Part shown: in pieces, positions 49,111 through 58,693 of the stretch
Position numbering within the stretch: the first letter of the stretch is position 1
How the letters are laid out: each line of letters begins with the position of its first letter
From: Polyangiales bacterium
GTDB lineage: Bacteria; Myxococcota_A; Polyangia; Polyangiales; Polyangiaceae
Reading direction: 5' to 3'
Assembly (NCBI GenBank): GCA_038230375.1
Contig: JBBRNJ010000028.1
Span: 30,843-94,842, forward strand
Length of the DNA: 64,000 bases
Notes under the pieces: model-generated
What the model saw: the letters and a program-made list of their open reading frames with translations, nothing else
The model's database searches: none
Told to the model about the DNA's origin: nothing
Translations under genes and position numbers: made by a program

Positions 49111-51845
49111 GGGAGCACCGGGCGCTGCTTGAGGATGGTGAGTGAGCGATCATCCAGGAACGCGATCTCGTCCACGCCGTCGCCGGACATGTCACCGACC
49201 GCGAGCGAAAATCCGACGGAGAGCGTGCGATCGAGGATGCTCTGGACGTGGCCCGCGCCGCTCCGCTCGATGGTGCCTACGTAGAGGCACTTCGCCGTGA
49301 GCACGGCGACCCTGCTCGCGCCCCCGGCGTCCACCCGGATGTTCGCGATCGCGGTGGGGTCTGCGAAGGTGGCGCACGACGTGCCGCCGTCACCGCCATC
49401 CGCGGAGCTCTGGCCTCCGCTCACGGCAACGTTGGTCACTGGGACGCCCGTCTTGGAAAGCGTGCCCTGTCCGTCGTTGAAGAAGACCGTCATGGTCGAC
49501 GAGCCAACGATCTTCGTCTGGTCGCCCGGGAAGCGAGCCGGCTGGACGCTCGTGAAGCCAGAGATGTAGACCAGGTCCTTTGCGTGGTCGCCATCCACGT
49601 CGACGAAGAGAAGCTTCCCCGCGGCCCCGAATGGCGCTGGCGCCTGCGCCAGATCCTGGCGACCCGCCGCGCTGAGCCTGGCGATGGTCGCGCTCTTGCC
49701 GCCCACCGTGCCGCTGACGATGTAGACCTCTGCGACCCCATCGCCGTTGATGTCGTCCACCGCGAGAGGCACGCTGGTGTTGGCAAGGTAGCGATTCGCC
49801 TTCGCGTCCGCGGTGTCGGTGCCAACCAGGATCGCCTTCGTCGCGTCCTTCGTGGGGACGACGATGGACGAGAACACGCCAAGGTCACCCTGGAAGTTCG
49901 CCCCCTGCGGAGCGATGACGACCCCGATGCCACTGCTGCGTGCGGTGGTGAGGTCGCCATAGAGGACAGCCATGTCGGTCTGCCCTTTCGCCTTGAGTGG
50001 ACCGGCCACCACGGCCAGCCCCGGACCAAACGCCTGATTGTTCACGTCCGCCACGCCCTTCACGGCCAGCGGGAAACGGTCTGCGTCACCAATGAGCACC
50101 GCCACGGCCGTCGTCGGGCCGGTGGGCTCGTTGCCGACCACCGTGAGCACGTCGTGGAGCGCCGGAATGGTGGTGAGATCATTGGCGAGCTGGAAGGAGG
50201 CGACGCGACGCGGGTTCTCTGGAAGGCCTTGCCTTCTGCCGTAGGCGAGGAGCACATCACCGCCCGCGGAGTCGGCCGATGCGCGCACGAGGACGCCCAG
50301 ATCGAGGACATTGTCGCCGTCGTAGTCGCCAACACCGATGCGCGCGACCGACCCGCTCGTGGGCAAGGTGCCGGCCGAGAAGAAGCCACCCGGGGCGCCG
50401 ACGAAGAAATCGATCAGCGTGCGCGACGGTGAGATCGCCGCGATGTCCAGGAATCCGTCGGCGTTCAGGTCCGACACGATCGCCTGCGTCCACGGATCGC
50501 CCGTGTTCTTCACGTAGGGCACGAACTCCTGGCCGAGCCCGACCGGCTTGGTGGTGCCGAACGCGATCATGTCGGAGAAGACAACGTCGGTGAGGGTGTC
50601 GGCGTTGAAGTCGCCCGCAGCGATGATCGGGTTGCCGCGCACCGGGCCGCCCACCGCCATACCGCGCAGCGTGTAGACGAGCTCCGTGAGCGTGCCCGTC
50701 TTGACGTTGTAGACGTAGGGCGCGTGGGGCGCGGCTCCCTGCTGCGGCTGGAAGTTGACGACGATGTCCTTCTGTCCGTCGTCATCCATGTCGCCCACGG
50801 CCAGCGTGATGGGCATGAGCTTCAGGGCGGCGACCTTGGCGAGCTCGACGCGGATCGGCAGGATGGCACCGCCCGTGGCGTCGTTGAATACGACCTTGCC
50901 GGTGACCTCCTTCCGGCAGATCGGAATGATGTCGAGCTCCGGCAAGCCCTTGCCGCCCTGAGGCGCGGCAAGGAGCAGGAGCTCGCCACAGACCGACCCG
51001 GGCAGCACCTTGATCACCGCGGCGTCGACGATGTCGCCACGTCCATTGAGGGTGACGCCAGGCGGGATGTTCAGCGGAATGTTGGTCGCGAGGTCGGAGC
51101 CGGCGAACAGCGGCTGACCACCAGCGCTGCCAACGATCACCGCAAGACCGTGCGTGATCGTGGGCGAGGACGCTGACGACGTCACCGGCAGCGAGCCATC
51201 CGCCAGCGAGCCCACGAGCCCGAAGAAAGCGACGTCCGTCTTGTCCAGGTTGGTCGGGTACGCGACCGGAACAACGGTGCGATCGTCCTGACCAAGGAGG
51301 ATGTCGACACCACCGGTGCTGCTCGCGAATGCGATGTCATCGAGTCCGTCGTCATCGGTGAGTGCGCGCGACACCTGCGGCGCGCGGATGCTCGCGCCGA
51401 CCAGCAGCGTCTGCGCGATCTGGGCGGAGTCGTCGATGAAGTGGATCTCTGGCCGACCCAGATCCGACACGCTGCTTGCGAAGAGGTCCTGGCGACCGTC
51501 GCCATCGAAGTCCCCGAGCTGGAGGCGCGCCTGTCCAGATGGCACCGGCGTGAACGTGAGGTCGAACTGGCCCGATGGAGCGCGGCACACGCCGTCCGTG
51601 CCGCAGCCCCATCCGCTGGGACACTGCGCCGTCGCCGCGGTCGCCGTGCAGAGGAGGCGACATGCCGTGGGCGTCCCTTTCGCGCCGCATTGCGCCTTGC
51701 CCACGTCGAACGTATCGCAGTCCTCTCGGGCTTCGACGACCCGGTTTCCGCACGTGTCCGCGCTGACGTCGGGCAGGTTGGCGCACGCGTACGCAAGGGC
51801 GATGGCGGAGAGCGCGACGATGCGCCATAGGGGCCGTGTGGTCAT
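49107..51845 (-). CDS. FG-GAP/VCBS-repeat lipoprotein with Cys-rich N-terminus
   Basis: Lipobox AYAC, CGNRVVEAREDCD, repeated GDFDGDG/GDMDDDG/DLNADG/GDYDGD motifs. Confidence 0.87.
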   Translation of the reverse strand: MTTRPLWRIVALSAIALAYACANLPDVSADTCGNRVVEAREDCDTFDVGKAQCGAKGTPTACRLLCTATAATAQCPSGWGCGTDGVCRAPSGQFDLTFTPVPSGQARLQLGDFDGDGRQDLFASSVSDLGRPEIHFIDDSAQIAQTLLVGASIRAPQVSRALTDDDGLDDIAFASSTGGVDILLGQDDRTVVPVAYPTNLDKTDVAFFGLVGSLADGSLPVTSSASSPTITHGLAVIVGSAGGQPLFAGSDLATNIPLNIPPGVTLNGRGDIVDAAVIKVLPGSVCGELLLLAAPQGGKGLPELDIIPICRKEVTGKVVFNDATGGAILPIRVELAKVAALKLMPITLAVGDMDDDGQKDIVVNFQPQQGAAPHAPYVYNVKTGTLTELVYTLRGMAVGGPVRGNPIIAAGDFNADTLTDVVFSDMIAFGTTKPVGLGQEFVPYVKNTGDPWTQAIVSDLNADGFLDIAAISPSRTLIDFFVGAPGGFFSAGTLPTSGSVARIGVGDYDGDNVLDLGVLVRASADSAGGDVLLAYGRRQGLPENPRRVASFQLANDLTTIPALHDVLTVVGNEPTGPTTAVAVLIGDADRFPLAVKGVADVNNQAFGPGLAVVAGPLKAKGQTDMAVLYGDLTTARSSGIGVVIAPQGANFQGDLGVFSSIVVPTKDATKAILVGTDTADAKANRYLANTSVPLAVDDINGDGVAEVYIVSGTVGGKSATIARLSAAGRQDLAQAPAPFGAAGKLLFVDVDGDHAKDLVYISGFTSVQPARFPGDQTKIVGSSTMTVFFNDGQGTLSKTGVPVTNVAVSGGQSSADGGDGGTSCATFADPTAIANIRVDAGGASRVAVLTAKCLYVGTIERSGAGHVQSILDRTLSVGFSLAVGDMSGDGVDEIAFLDDRSLTILKQRPVLP

Positions 51846-51846
51846 G

Positions 51847-53508
51847 TCAGAAAGGCGACTCGAGGTCCTTGTTGATCTTGTTCGTGCCCGCGCCGCCGGC
51901 CTGCTTCACGAGGGTGACGCTGGAGCTCTCGTCCGCAGCGCCGCTCACGCCGAGCGTGCCCGGAATGAAGCCGCTTGCGCGAATGATGAGGGTCGACTGG
52001 GCGCCGCGCGGGAGCTCGAACGGACCGGGCGCAGCGCCGAGCAGCTTCTTGTCCAGGTACACCTGCGCGCCCGCGGGCGTCGTGTTCACAGTCACCATCA
52101 CCGTGGTCGGCACGGGCGCCGTGTCCTTCACGGGGGTCCCCACGGATGGCGCGGCGCTCACGATCTCGGATGCCGGCGTGGTCGGCAGCGGGCCGCTCGC
52201 GCTCTGCCCGAACGCCGTGGGCGCCGCAGGTCGCGTCACGAAGAAGGCCGCGAGGCCCACGCCCGCGAACAGCGCGACCGCGCCGACCACCATGGGCACG
52301 AAGTTGCGCCGCGGGGCGGTCTGCGACTCGAGCGTCTTCGGGATGTCGGTCTCGGCGCTCAGGTAGGTCTGTGCGTGAGCGTCGGCCTTCGCGTCCCCGC
52401 TGACGAACGCCACGTTCTTCCCTGCGGGCGTCGTCTTCGCCATCGCCGCGCTGTCCGGTCCACTCGGTGGGGCAACGCCGAGCTGCGTGGGCGCGCCGGA
52501 CAGCGGGCCTCTCGCCTGCTGGAGCGCGGCGGCCAGCCCGGGCTGGGTCGCGTCGCGCGAGACGCCGAACGCCTCTGCAAGCGCGTTGACAGCCTCGCCT
52601 GCGGAGCCGAAGCGCTGATCCCGCTCCTTCGCCATCATCCGCACGATCACGACGTCCGCCGGCGCGAGCGCATCGTCGCGATCGGAGGGCAGCGGCACCG
52701 GCGCGCTCAGGTGCTTCACCAGGATGTCGACCGCGGACTCCCCGCGAAATGGAAGGTCACCCACCAGCGCCTCGTACGTCATCACGCCGAAAGAATAGAT
52801 GTCCGTGCGGTGATCGATGGAGACGCCGCGCGCTTGCTCCGGCGACATGTAATAGGGCGTTCCCATCGCGGTGCCCGTCTTCGTCTTGTGCGTCTGGCCG
52901 CCCTCCGGCGCGAGCTTCGCGATGCCGAAGTCGAGCAACTTGGGCGTCACGTGCCCGTCTTCGTCCGCGACCAGGAACACGTTCTCGGGCTTCAGATCAC
53001 GGTGAACGATCCCGCACTTGTGCGCCGCATCGAGCGCTCGCGCGACACCTCGCAGGATCGGGATCGCCTCTGCCGGAGTGAGCCGCCCCTTCTGCTTGAT
53101 GAGGGTGTCGAAGCCTCCGCCATCCAGCAGCTCCATCACGTAGTACTGGCGACCATCGGGAAGCGTACCGAAGGCGAACACGTCGATGATGTTGCGGTGC
53201 CGGATCTGGTTCACCGCCCGCGCCTCCGCGACGAAGCGCGACACCATCTGGGCGTTGGAGGAGAACTCGCGGTTCAGGATCTTGATCGCCGCGGCCTTGC
53301 CGATGAGCGGGTGCACGGCGCGGTACACGACGCCGAAGCCGCCCTCGCCGAGCTTCCCTTCGATCCGGTATTCGCCGACCATGGAACCCGACGCGAGGCC
53401 GTGGTCCATCGTCGCGAACATGTCGGATGGCAGAAGCACCGCGCCGTCGTCCGGGCACATGGTCGCGTCGTCTTGAAAGGTCTTCTCGCAGGTGGGGCAC
53501 GTGAGCAT
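51847..53508 (-). CDS. Membrane Ser/Thr kinase with N-terminal zinc ribbon and C-terminal PEGA-like domain
   Basis: [44 protein letters not shown] helix, [11 protein letters not shown]; start taken at 53508. Confidence 0.94.
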   Translation of the reverse strand: MLTCPTCEKTFQDDATMCPDDGAVLLPSDMFATMDHGLASGSMVGEYRIEGKLGEGGFGVVYRAVHPLIGKAAAIKILNREFSSNAQMVSRFVAEARAVNQIRHRNIIDVFAFGTLPDGRQYYVMELLDGGGFDTLIKQKGRLTPAEAIPILRGVARALDAAHKCGIVHRDLKPENVFLVADEDGHVTPKLLDFGIAKLAPEGGQTHKTKTGTAMGTPYYMSPEQARGVSIDHRTDIYSFGVMTYEALVGDLPFRGESAVDILVKHLSAPVPLPSDRDDALAPADVVIVRMMAKERDQRFGSAGEAVNALAEAFGVSRDATQPGLAAALQQARGPLSGAPTQLGVAPPSGPDSAAMAKTTPAGKNVAFVSGDAKADAHAQTYLSAETDIPKTLESQTAPRRNFVPMVVGAVALFAGVGLAAFFVTRPAAPTAFGQSASGPLPTTPASEIVSAAPSVGTPVKDTAPVPTTVMVTVNTTPAGAQVYLDKKLLGAAPGPFELPRGAQSTLIIRASGFIPGTLGVSGAADESSSVTLVKQAGGAGTNKINKDLESPF

Positions 53509-53747
53509 GGGGATTTGAAGCAAGGGCGCCCATGGGGCGCACCACTGCTCGTGCAAGTATCGCACTCAGCCCGGCCAGAAGGCACGTTCTAGAAGTGGGT
53601 GCGCATTGCCACGCGATCTGCCGGAAATCACGGCCCGCCAGCGCAGGCGCACATGCTCCCCGAACGGCCTCTGGGGCCGGGGTGGACGACGGCGGGTCCC
53701 CCATCCCGTTCTCACCGGGGCTACCAGGGCTGTGAATGGCGGTGCGC

Positions 53748-54884
53748 TCAGGTCAGGTAGTCGCGGTCCTTGAGCTTCTTCGGGATGTACTCCTCGGCGA
53801 TGAAGGAGATGCCCTTGGAGAGGATCGAATCGACCTCCATCTTGAAGCCGTTCTTCTGGAGCTCTTTGATCTCGTTCTGCCACTTCTTGTCGGCGAACCA
53901 GGGGTAGTTGCGCATCTGATCGGCGCGCGCGAGATCTTCCTTGTTCAACTTGATCACGACGGAGTCCGGCAGCTTGAACTTCTTGTAGTCGAAGCTCGAC
54001 ATGCCGATGAAGCGGACGCCCGGCACGGCGAGGCGCATGGACTCGTACGCAAGGTTGATCGAGCCCTGCTTGAGCACGCTGTAGATGTAGAGCCCCCACG
54101 GATCGTTATCGACCAGGACGTAGACGGGGATCTTCAGCTCGGTCGCGAGGCGCTGGAGCAAGCGGCGGATGCCGCGCGCGGCCTGGCCTTCGCTCGTGAG
54201 GAGGATGCACTCGTTCTTCTTCCAGAAGCCGTCCTCGTTGAGGCGCGACCACACGGCGGCCTTCTCGACGAGCATGATGAACTTCGCCTTGGAGCGAACG
54301 AACTGCAGCACCTCGGGCTCGCAGATGCTGGGAATTCCCCAGCCGCCGCGGCCCATGCGCGAGAGGTCGATCTCGTCGCCGGCGTCGTTCACGACGAGCT
54401 CGCCCGCGGCGAGGCCCTTCTTGTTGGCGAAGAGGTGGAGCTCTTCACGGAGCGCGTCGACGGCGACCTCGACGTCCTCGATGATCGGGTCGGACTCGTT
54501 CTGCTCCTCGAACGTGTTCTCGCTGGAGCCTTTGAGCGTGTGCTTCAGGATGTAATACATCTGACGGATGGTGACCGTCTTGTTCTGCTGAATGAGCTCG
54601 CGGCAGCCGTTCGCGACCAGGAAGGTCTGCATGAACTTGCGCGCCATGTTCGTGTTGAAGAACTCGCGCGACTGAACGCGATCGCCCAGCTCGATAATGC
54701 GCTTCTTCTCGTTGAAGGTGACATTCGACAGCGCACGCACGCGAAGCGCAACGGCGGGGTTGTCCGCCTTCTCGACAGTGCGCAGCGTGGCCGAGGCAAG
54801 CTCCTCGATCTTGCGGAGTGTCTTGCGATCGCGCTCGGTCGCGCCGTTCGGTGCGGAGCCCGCGCTCTTCTTCTTGGCAGCCAT
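53748..54884 (-). CDS. top6A: DNA topoisomerase VI subunit A (Spo11-like)
   Basis: Catalytic-Tyr motif TIRQMYY, FEEQNESD.IIED, TOPRIM LVEK and DNDPWG, GSINLAY, YPWF. Confidence 0.95.
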   Translation of the reverse strand: MAAKKKSAGSAPNGATERDRKTLRKIEELASATLRTVEKADNPAVALRVRALSNVTFNEKKRIIELGDRVQSREFFNTNMARKFMQTFLVANGCRELIQQNKTVTIRQMYYILKHTLKGSSENTFEEQNESDPIIEDVEVAVDALREELHLFANKKGLAAGELVVNDAGDEIDLSRMGRGGWGIPSICEPEVLQFVRSKAKFIMLVEKAAVWSRLNEDGFWKKNECILLTSEGQAARGIRRLLQRLATELKIPVYVLVDNDPWGLYIYSVLKQGSINLAYESMRLAVPGVRFIGMSSFDYKKFKLPDSVVIKLNKEDLARADQMRNYPWFADKKWQNEIKELQKNGFKMEVDSILSKGISFIAEEYIPKKLKDRDYLT

Positions 54885-54891
54885 GTTCTCC

Positions 54892-56961
54892 TCAGGCCTT
54901 CTTCTTCGGGGTGGGCTTCTTGACCGGCGCCGCCGGCTTCTTCGCAGGCGTCACGGCCTTTGCAACGGGAGCAGCCTTCTTCTTCTCTGGCACGGGAAGA
55001 GCGACCTTCTTCACAGCCTTGGCCTCGACCTTGGCCTTCCCCTTGGCCTCGACCTTGGCCTTCGCCTTCCCCTTGGCCTCGACCTTCGCCTCGACCTTCG
55101 CCTTCCCCTTCGCCCCGCCCGCGGGCGGCGGCGCCTGCGACGGTGACGGCGCACCCTCCGCGGGCGGCGGTGGTGGCATCGACGGAGCGCCGGCCTTGGC
55201 CTCTTCCTCCGCCTTGCTCTCCGCGACGACGTTCACGAAGTTCGGGAGCGCCTTGTAGAACGAGCCCTCGACCTTGTCCTTGTCGCGTCCGAGAATGCTG
55301 GCGATCGCGCCGGCGACCTCCGGGATGTAGCGCTGGAACAGGCTCATCCTGCGCTGTTCGCCCTCTGCGCGGGCACGCGCGCGGATGTGCGCCGCAAGCT
55401 TGCGACCGCACTCCTGCACGGCGAGCTTCAGCTCCTTCATGAGATCGTCGTAGTGAGCAACGGCCTCCTTCGCCTCGCTCGTGAACGGCACCCACACGCT
55501 GGCAAGGTGCACGACGATCGCAAGCGGACCGACAGGCAGCGAACCCTTGGGCTGCGAGAGCTCGTAGCTCTTCCAGTTGGTGTCGTAGACGGCCTCGCTG
55601 ATCGCGCACGCCTTCGGCTGGTACTGCAGCGGGACGCGGTTCGCGAAGCGCATGACGTCCGCGGGCTCGTCGTTGGGCAGATCACCGCCGTACGCCAGAC
55701 CCACCTCCACGGCAAACGGATTGCCGCGGTACACGGAGGGCGGCCGCGTGGTGGAGACGTAGTACTCCGCCTTGAAGCGGCGCTTCAGACCCTCGATCAG
55801 GAGCGCCTCACCGATGGGAACGATGCACGACGACGGCGGCGCGTGGACCTTCACCTCGCCGAGAGCCTTGTGGAGGCGGTCCAGCACCTCACCGTGGAGA
55901 TCCTCGGCCCTCGCGGTGGGCTTCACGCCGGCGAGCTTGCAGATCTGCTCCGCGATGCCGTTGGTGACACGTGAGAAGTCGCCCATGAGGACCTGCTTCA
56001 CGGTGCTCTTGCCGGAGTCGCTCAGCATGGACATGAGCATGCCGAGCTCGACCCCGTGCGGGTGCGGCTTGATCTCCTGCGCCTCTCGCGGGAGCTCGTT
56101 GGCGACGCGCGGATAGTGGATCGGCACTTCCATCTTGGGGCCCAGGTAGCTGAGCTCGAGGTGCGGGTTCGCGACCACGGTCTGCTCGAGGTACGCGTCC
56201 ACGCTGGTGCGACCGCCGCGGTACGCCGCAACGAGGTTGATCTCGACGCGTGTGCCGTGCTCCTTGTCCCACTCGACGGTCTCGTCCTTCACGACGTCGG
56301 GCTGGTTGCGCTTCGTGTCGATGCGCAGCTCGATGCGGAACGCGGGGCGCCCCTTCCCCGTCTTGCTCGTGATGACCACGGGCTTGCCGGTGGTCTGCTG
56401 CCCGTAAAGACCTGCCGCGCTGATGCCGATGCCCTGTTGCCCGCGCGACTGCTTGAGCCGGTGGAACTTGGAACCGTAGAGGAGCTTTGCGAAGATCTTC
56501 GGTATCTGCGGCTTCACGATGCCGGGGCCGTTGTCCTCGATGATCACGCGGAAGCGGCCCTCGCTCATCTCCTTGATCTCGACGGAAAGCGACGGAAGGA
56601 TGCCCGCTTCCTCGCAGGCGTCGAGCGAGTTGTCGACGGCTTCCTTCACCGTGGTGAGGAGCGCCTTCTGCGGATTGTCGAAGCCGAGCAGGTGGCGGTT
56701 CTTCGAGAAGAACTCGCTGACGGAGATGTCCCGCTGCTTCGACCCCATGGTCTCCGCAGTGGCGCGGCGCGCAGGCGGAGCGGACACCACTGTTTCCTCG
56801 TGCGCATGCGAGGCCCCGTTCATCGAAGCAGCGCCGTTCGACCCGTTCGCGTGCGCATGCCCGTTGCTCGATGGCTTCTTCTTCGGCGCGGCCGGGCGCT
56901 TGGGCGGGTTCTCGTTGAGCAGATCGAGCTGCTGCGGCGACGGAGGCGATTTCTTCGGCAT
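54892..56961 (-). CDS. top6B: DNA topoisomerase VI subunit B with Lys/Ala-rich C-terminal tail
   Basis: [68 protein letters not shown]; start taken at MPKK (56961). Confidence 0.95.
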   Translation of the reverse strand: MPKKSPPSPQQLDLLNENPPKRPAAPKKKPSSNGHAHANGSNGAASMNGASHAHEETVVSAPPARRATAETMGSKQRDISVSEFFSKNRHLLGFDNPQKALLTTVKEAVDNSLDACEEAGILPSLSVEIKEMSEGRFRVIIEDNGPGIVKPQIPKIFAKLLYGSKFHRLKQSRGQQGIGISAAGLYGQQTTGKPVVITSKTGKGRPAFRIELRIDTKRNQPDVVKDETVEWDKEHGTRVEINLVAAYRGGRTSVDAYLEQTVVANPHLELSYLGPKMEVPIHYPRVANELPREAQEIKPHPHGVELGMLMSMLSDSGKSTVKQVLMGDFSRVTNGIAEQICKLAGVKPTARAEDLHGEVLDRLHKALGEVKVHAPPSSCIVPIGEALLIEGLKRRFKAEYYVSTTRPPSVYRGNPFAVEVGLAYGGDLPNDEPADVMRFANRVPLQYQPKACAISEAVYDTNWKSYELSQPKGSLPVGPLAIVVHLASVWVPFTSEAKEAVAHYDDLMKELKLAVQECGRKLAAHIRARARAEGEQRRMSLFQRYIPEVAGAIASILGRDKDKVEGSFYKALPNFVNVVAESKAEEEAKAGAPSMPPPPPAEGAPSPSQAPPPAGGAKGKAKVEAKVEAKGKAKAKVEAKGKAKVEAKAVKKVALPVPEKKKAAPVAKAVTPAKKPAAPVKKPTPKKKA

Positions 56962-57028
56962 GACGGGACGAACGTAATAGCCAGGGGTGAACACCTGTCA
57001 AGCTTCTCGTCGCGGAGGTCCCGGTTGG

Positions 57029-57093
57029 GAAGTCGCGGGCGAAGTCGAAGGCGAAGTCGAAGGCGTCGTCGAAGTCGTCGTCGTCGACGTCGT
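57029..57093. repeat. Degenerate hexamer/trimer simple repeat
   Basis: GAAGTC/GAAGGC/GTCGTC units in the divergent top6B-MFS intergenic region. Confidence 0.7.
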
Positions 57094-57120
57094 TCTCCCC
57101 GTCCTGTACGTTGCCCCCAG

Positions 57121-58452
57121 ATGATCCGTTCGCCCGTCGTCTTCCTCATCTTGCTGACGGGCTTGAACCTCCTCAACTACCTCGATCGGTACGTCTTTCC
57201 CGCTGTTTTACCGGCGATGCAGGAGGATCTCGGGATCTCGAACTTCGAGGGTGGGCTCGCCGCGGCCACGTTCCTCGTCGGCTACTTCCTGTCGAGCCCC
57301 ATCTTCGGCAAGCTCGGTGACACCGGCCAGCGCAAGAAGCTCATCGCCGTAGGCGTGCTCATCTGGAGCTTCGCCACCATCGCGTCGGGGCTCGCGGTCG
57401 GCACGTGGTCGCTCCTTGCCGCGCGCGCTGTCGTTGGTGTGGGCGAGGCAAGCTACGCCACGCTCGCGCCGACGATCATCGACGACATCGCCCCGAAGGC
57501 GACGAAGGGCAAGTACCTCGCGATCTTCTACGTGGCCACGCCCGTCGGCTCCGCGCTCGGCTATCTGATCGGCGGCTTCGTCCAGAAGCACTGGGGATGG
57601 CATCACGCGTTCTACGTGGCGGGTGGCCCCGGCATCGTGCTCGCGTTCCTCTGCTTGCTGATGAAGGAGCCCGCGCGCATTGCCGCGAAGGACAAGCCGA
57701 ACTTGATCCAGTCCATCGGCCGCCTGTGGACCAAGACCCAGTACCGACGCGGCGTCTTCGGCTACTGCGCATACACGGCCGCGGTCGGTGCGTTCTCCTT
57801 CTGGGCGCCCAAGTTCCTCGTCTCCGTGCACGGCATGAAGCTCGACAAGGCGAACTTCATGTTCGGTCTCATCACGGTGGTCGGAGGCATCGGCGGCACG
57901 CTGGTCGGCGGTATCCTCGCCGACCGCAACGAGAAGCGGATCCCGAAGCCCGCGCTGCCCCCTCCGAAGGACGTGAGCTACCGCGAAGGCGCGGAGCTGC
58001 CCGAACAGCCCGATGCGGAGAAGGAGCGCCTCGCGAAGGAGGCCCTCGGCCACGAGCGAACTGCAGTGAACGGCCTCCTGCGGATCTGCGGACTGGGCAG
58101 CCTCATCGGCGCGCCGCTCGCCGCGCTCGCGTTCCTGTCACCCACGCCGACCGGCTTCTTCGCGATCGTCTTCTTCTGCGAGATAGCGCTCTTCCTGGGC
58201 ACGTCGCCCATCAACGCGGTGGCCCTTCGCGCGGTGCCGCCGCATCTGCGCGCAAGCGCCATGGCTCTCCAGATCTTCGCGATCCACCTGCTCGGCGATC
58301 TGTGGTCGCCTGCGGCGGTGGGGCTCGTCGCCGACAAGTTCTCGATGGGCATCGCCGTCATGCTGCTTCCGATCGGCATCGCGGTGAGCGCGTTCGTGTG
58401 GTGGCCACGCCCTCGCGAGGCCGCCGCCGAGGAAGCATCCACAGCAGCCTAG
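57121..58452 (+). CDS. MFS transporter, Spinster (Spns)-like
   Basis: LNYLDRY, GVGEASYATLAPTIIDD, PVGSALGY, IHLLGDLWSP; about 12 TM helices; true start 57121. Confidence 0.9.
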   Translation: MIRSPVVFLILLTGLNLLNYLDRYVFPAVLPAMQEDLGISNFEGGLAAATFLVGYFLSSPIFGKLGDTGQRKKLIAVGVLIWSFATIASGLAVGTWSLLAARAVVGVGEASYATLAPTIIDDIAPKATKGKYLAIFYVATPVGSALGYLIGGFVQKHWGWHHAFYVAGGPGIVLAFLCLLMKEPARIAAKDKPNLIQSIGRLWTKTQYRRGVFGYCAYTAAVGAFSFWAPKFLVSVHGMKLDKANFMFGLITVVGGIGGTLVGGILADRNEKRIPKPALPPPKDVSYREGAELPEQPDAEKERLAKEALGHERTAVNGLLRICGLGSLIGAPLAALAFLSPTPTGFFAIVFFCEIALFLGTSPINAVALRAVPPHLRASAMALQIFAIHLLGDLWSPAAVGLVADKFSMGIAVMLLPIGIAVSAFVWWPRPREAAAEEASTAA

Positions 58453-58693
58453 GCAGGCCTGGGCCGCCTGACGCACGCCATCCCAGTTCGTCCGTCCCGC
58501 GCCCCCTCGGCAAGCGCGAGCGCGTGAACCACCGCGAGAGCCTCCTCGGGCCGTCGGTGGGGCCTGGGAGAGCGGCGAAAATGGCTGAAATCTGGCGACC
58601 GTCGTTGACGTTGTCACCCCCTTCGGGTTACGTGGCGCCAGCACGTTTTTGGCTCTTTCTCCTTATCCTCGTCCTTATCCGCCCGCGCGCCCC

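Noticed and set aside
45779..53592. Plus-strand ORFs 45779..47725 and 51301..53592
   Set aside because: Antisense to well-supported minus-strand genes
56056..57120. 355-aa N-terminal extension of the MFS ORF with poly-Arg
   Set aside because: Antisense to top6B plus translation of the simple repeat; MFS homology begins at ATG 57121
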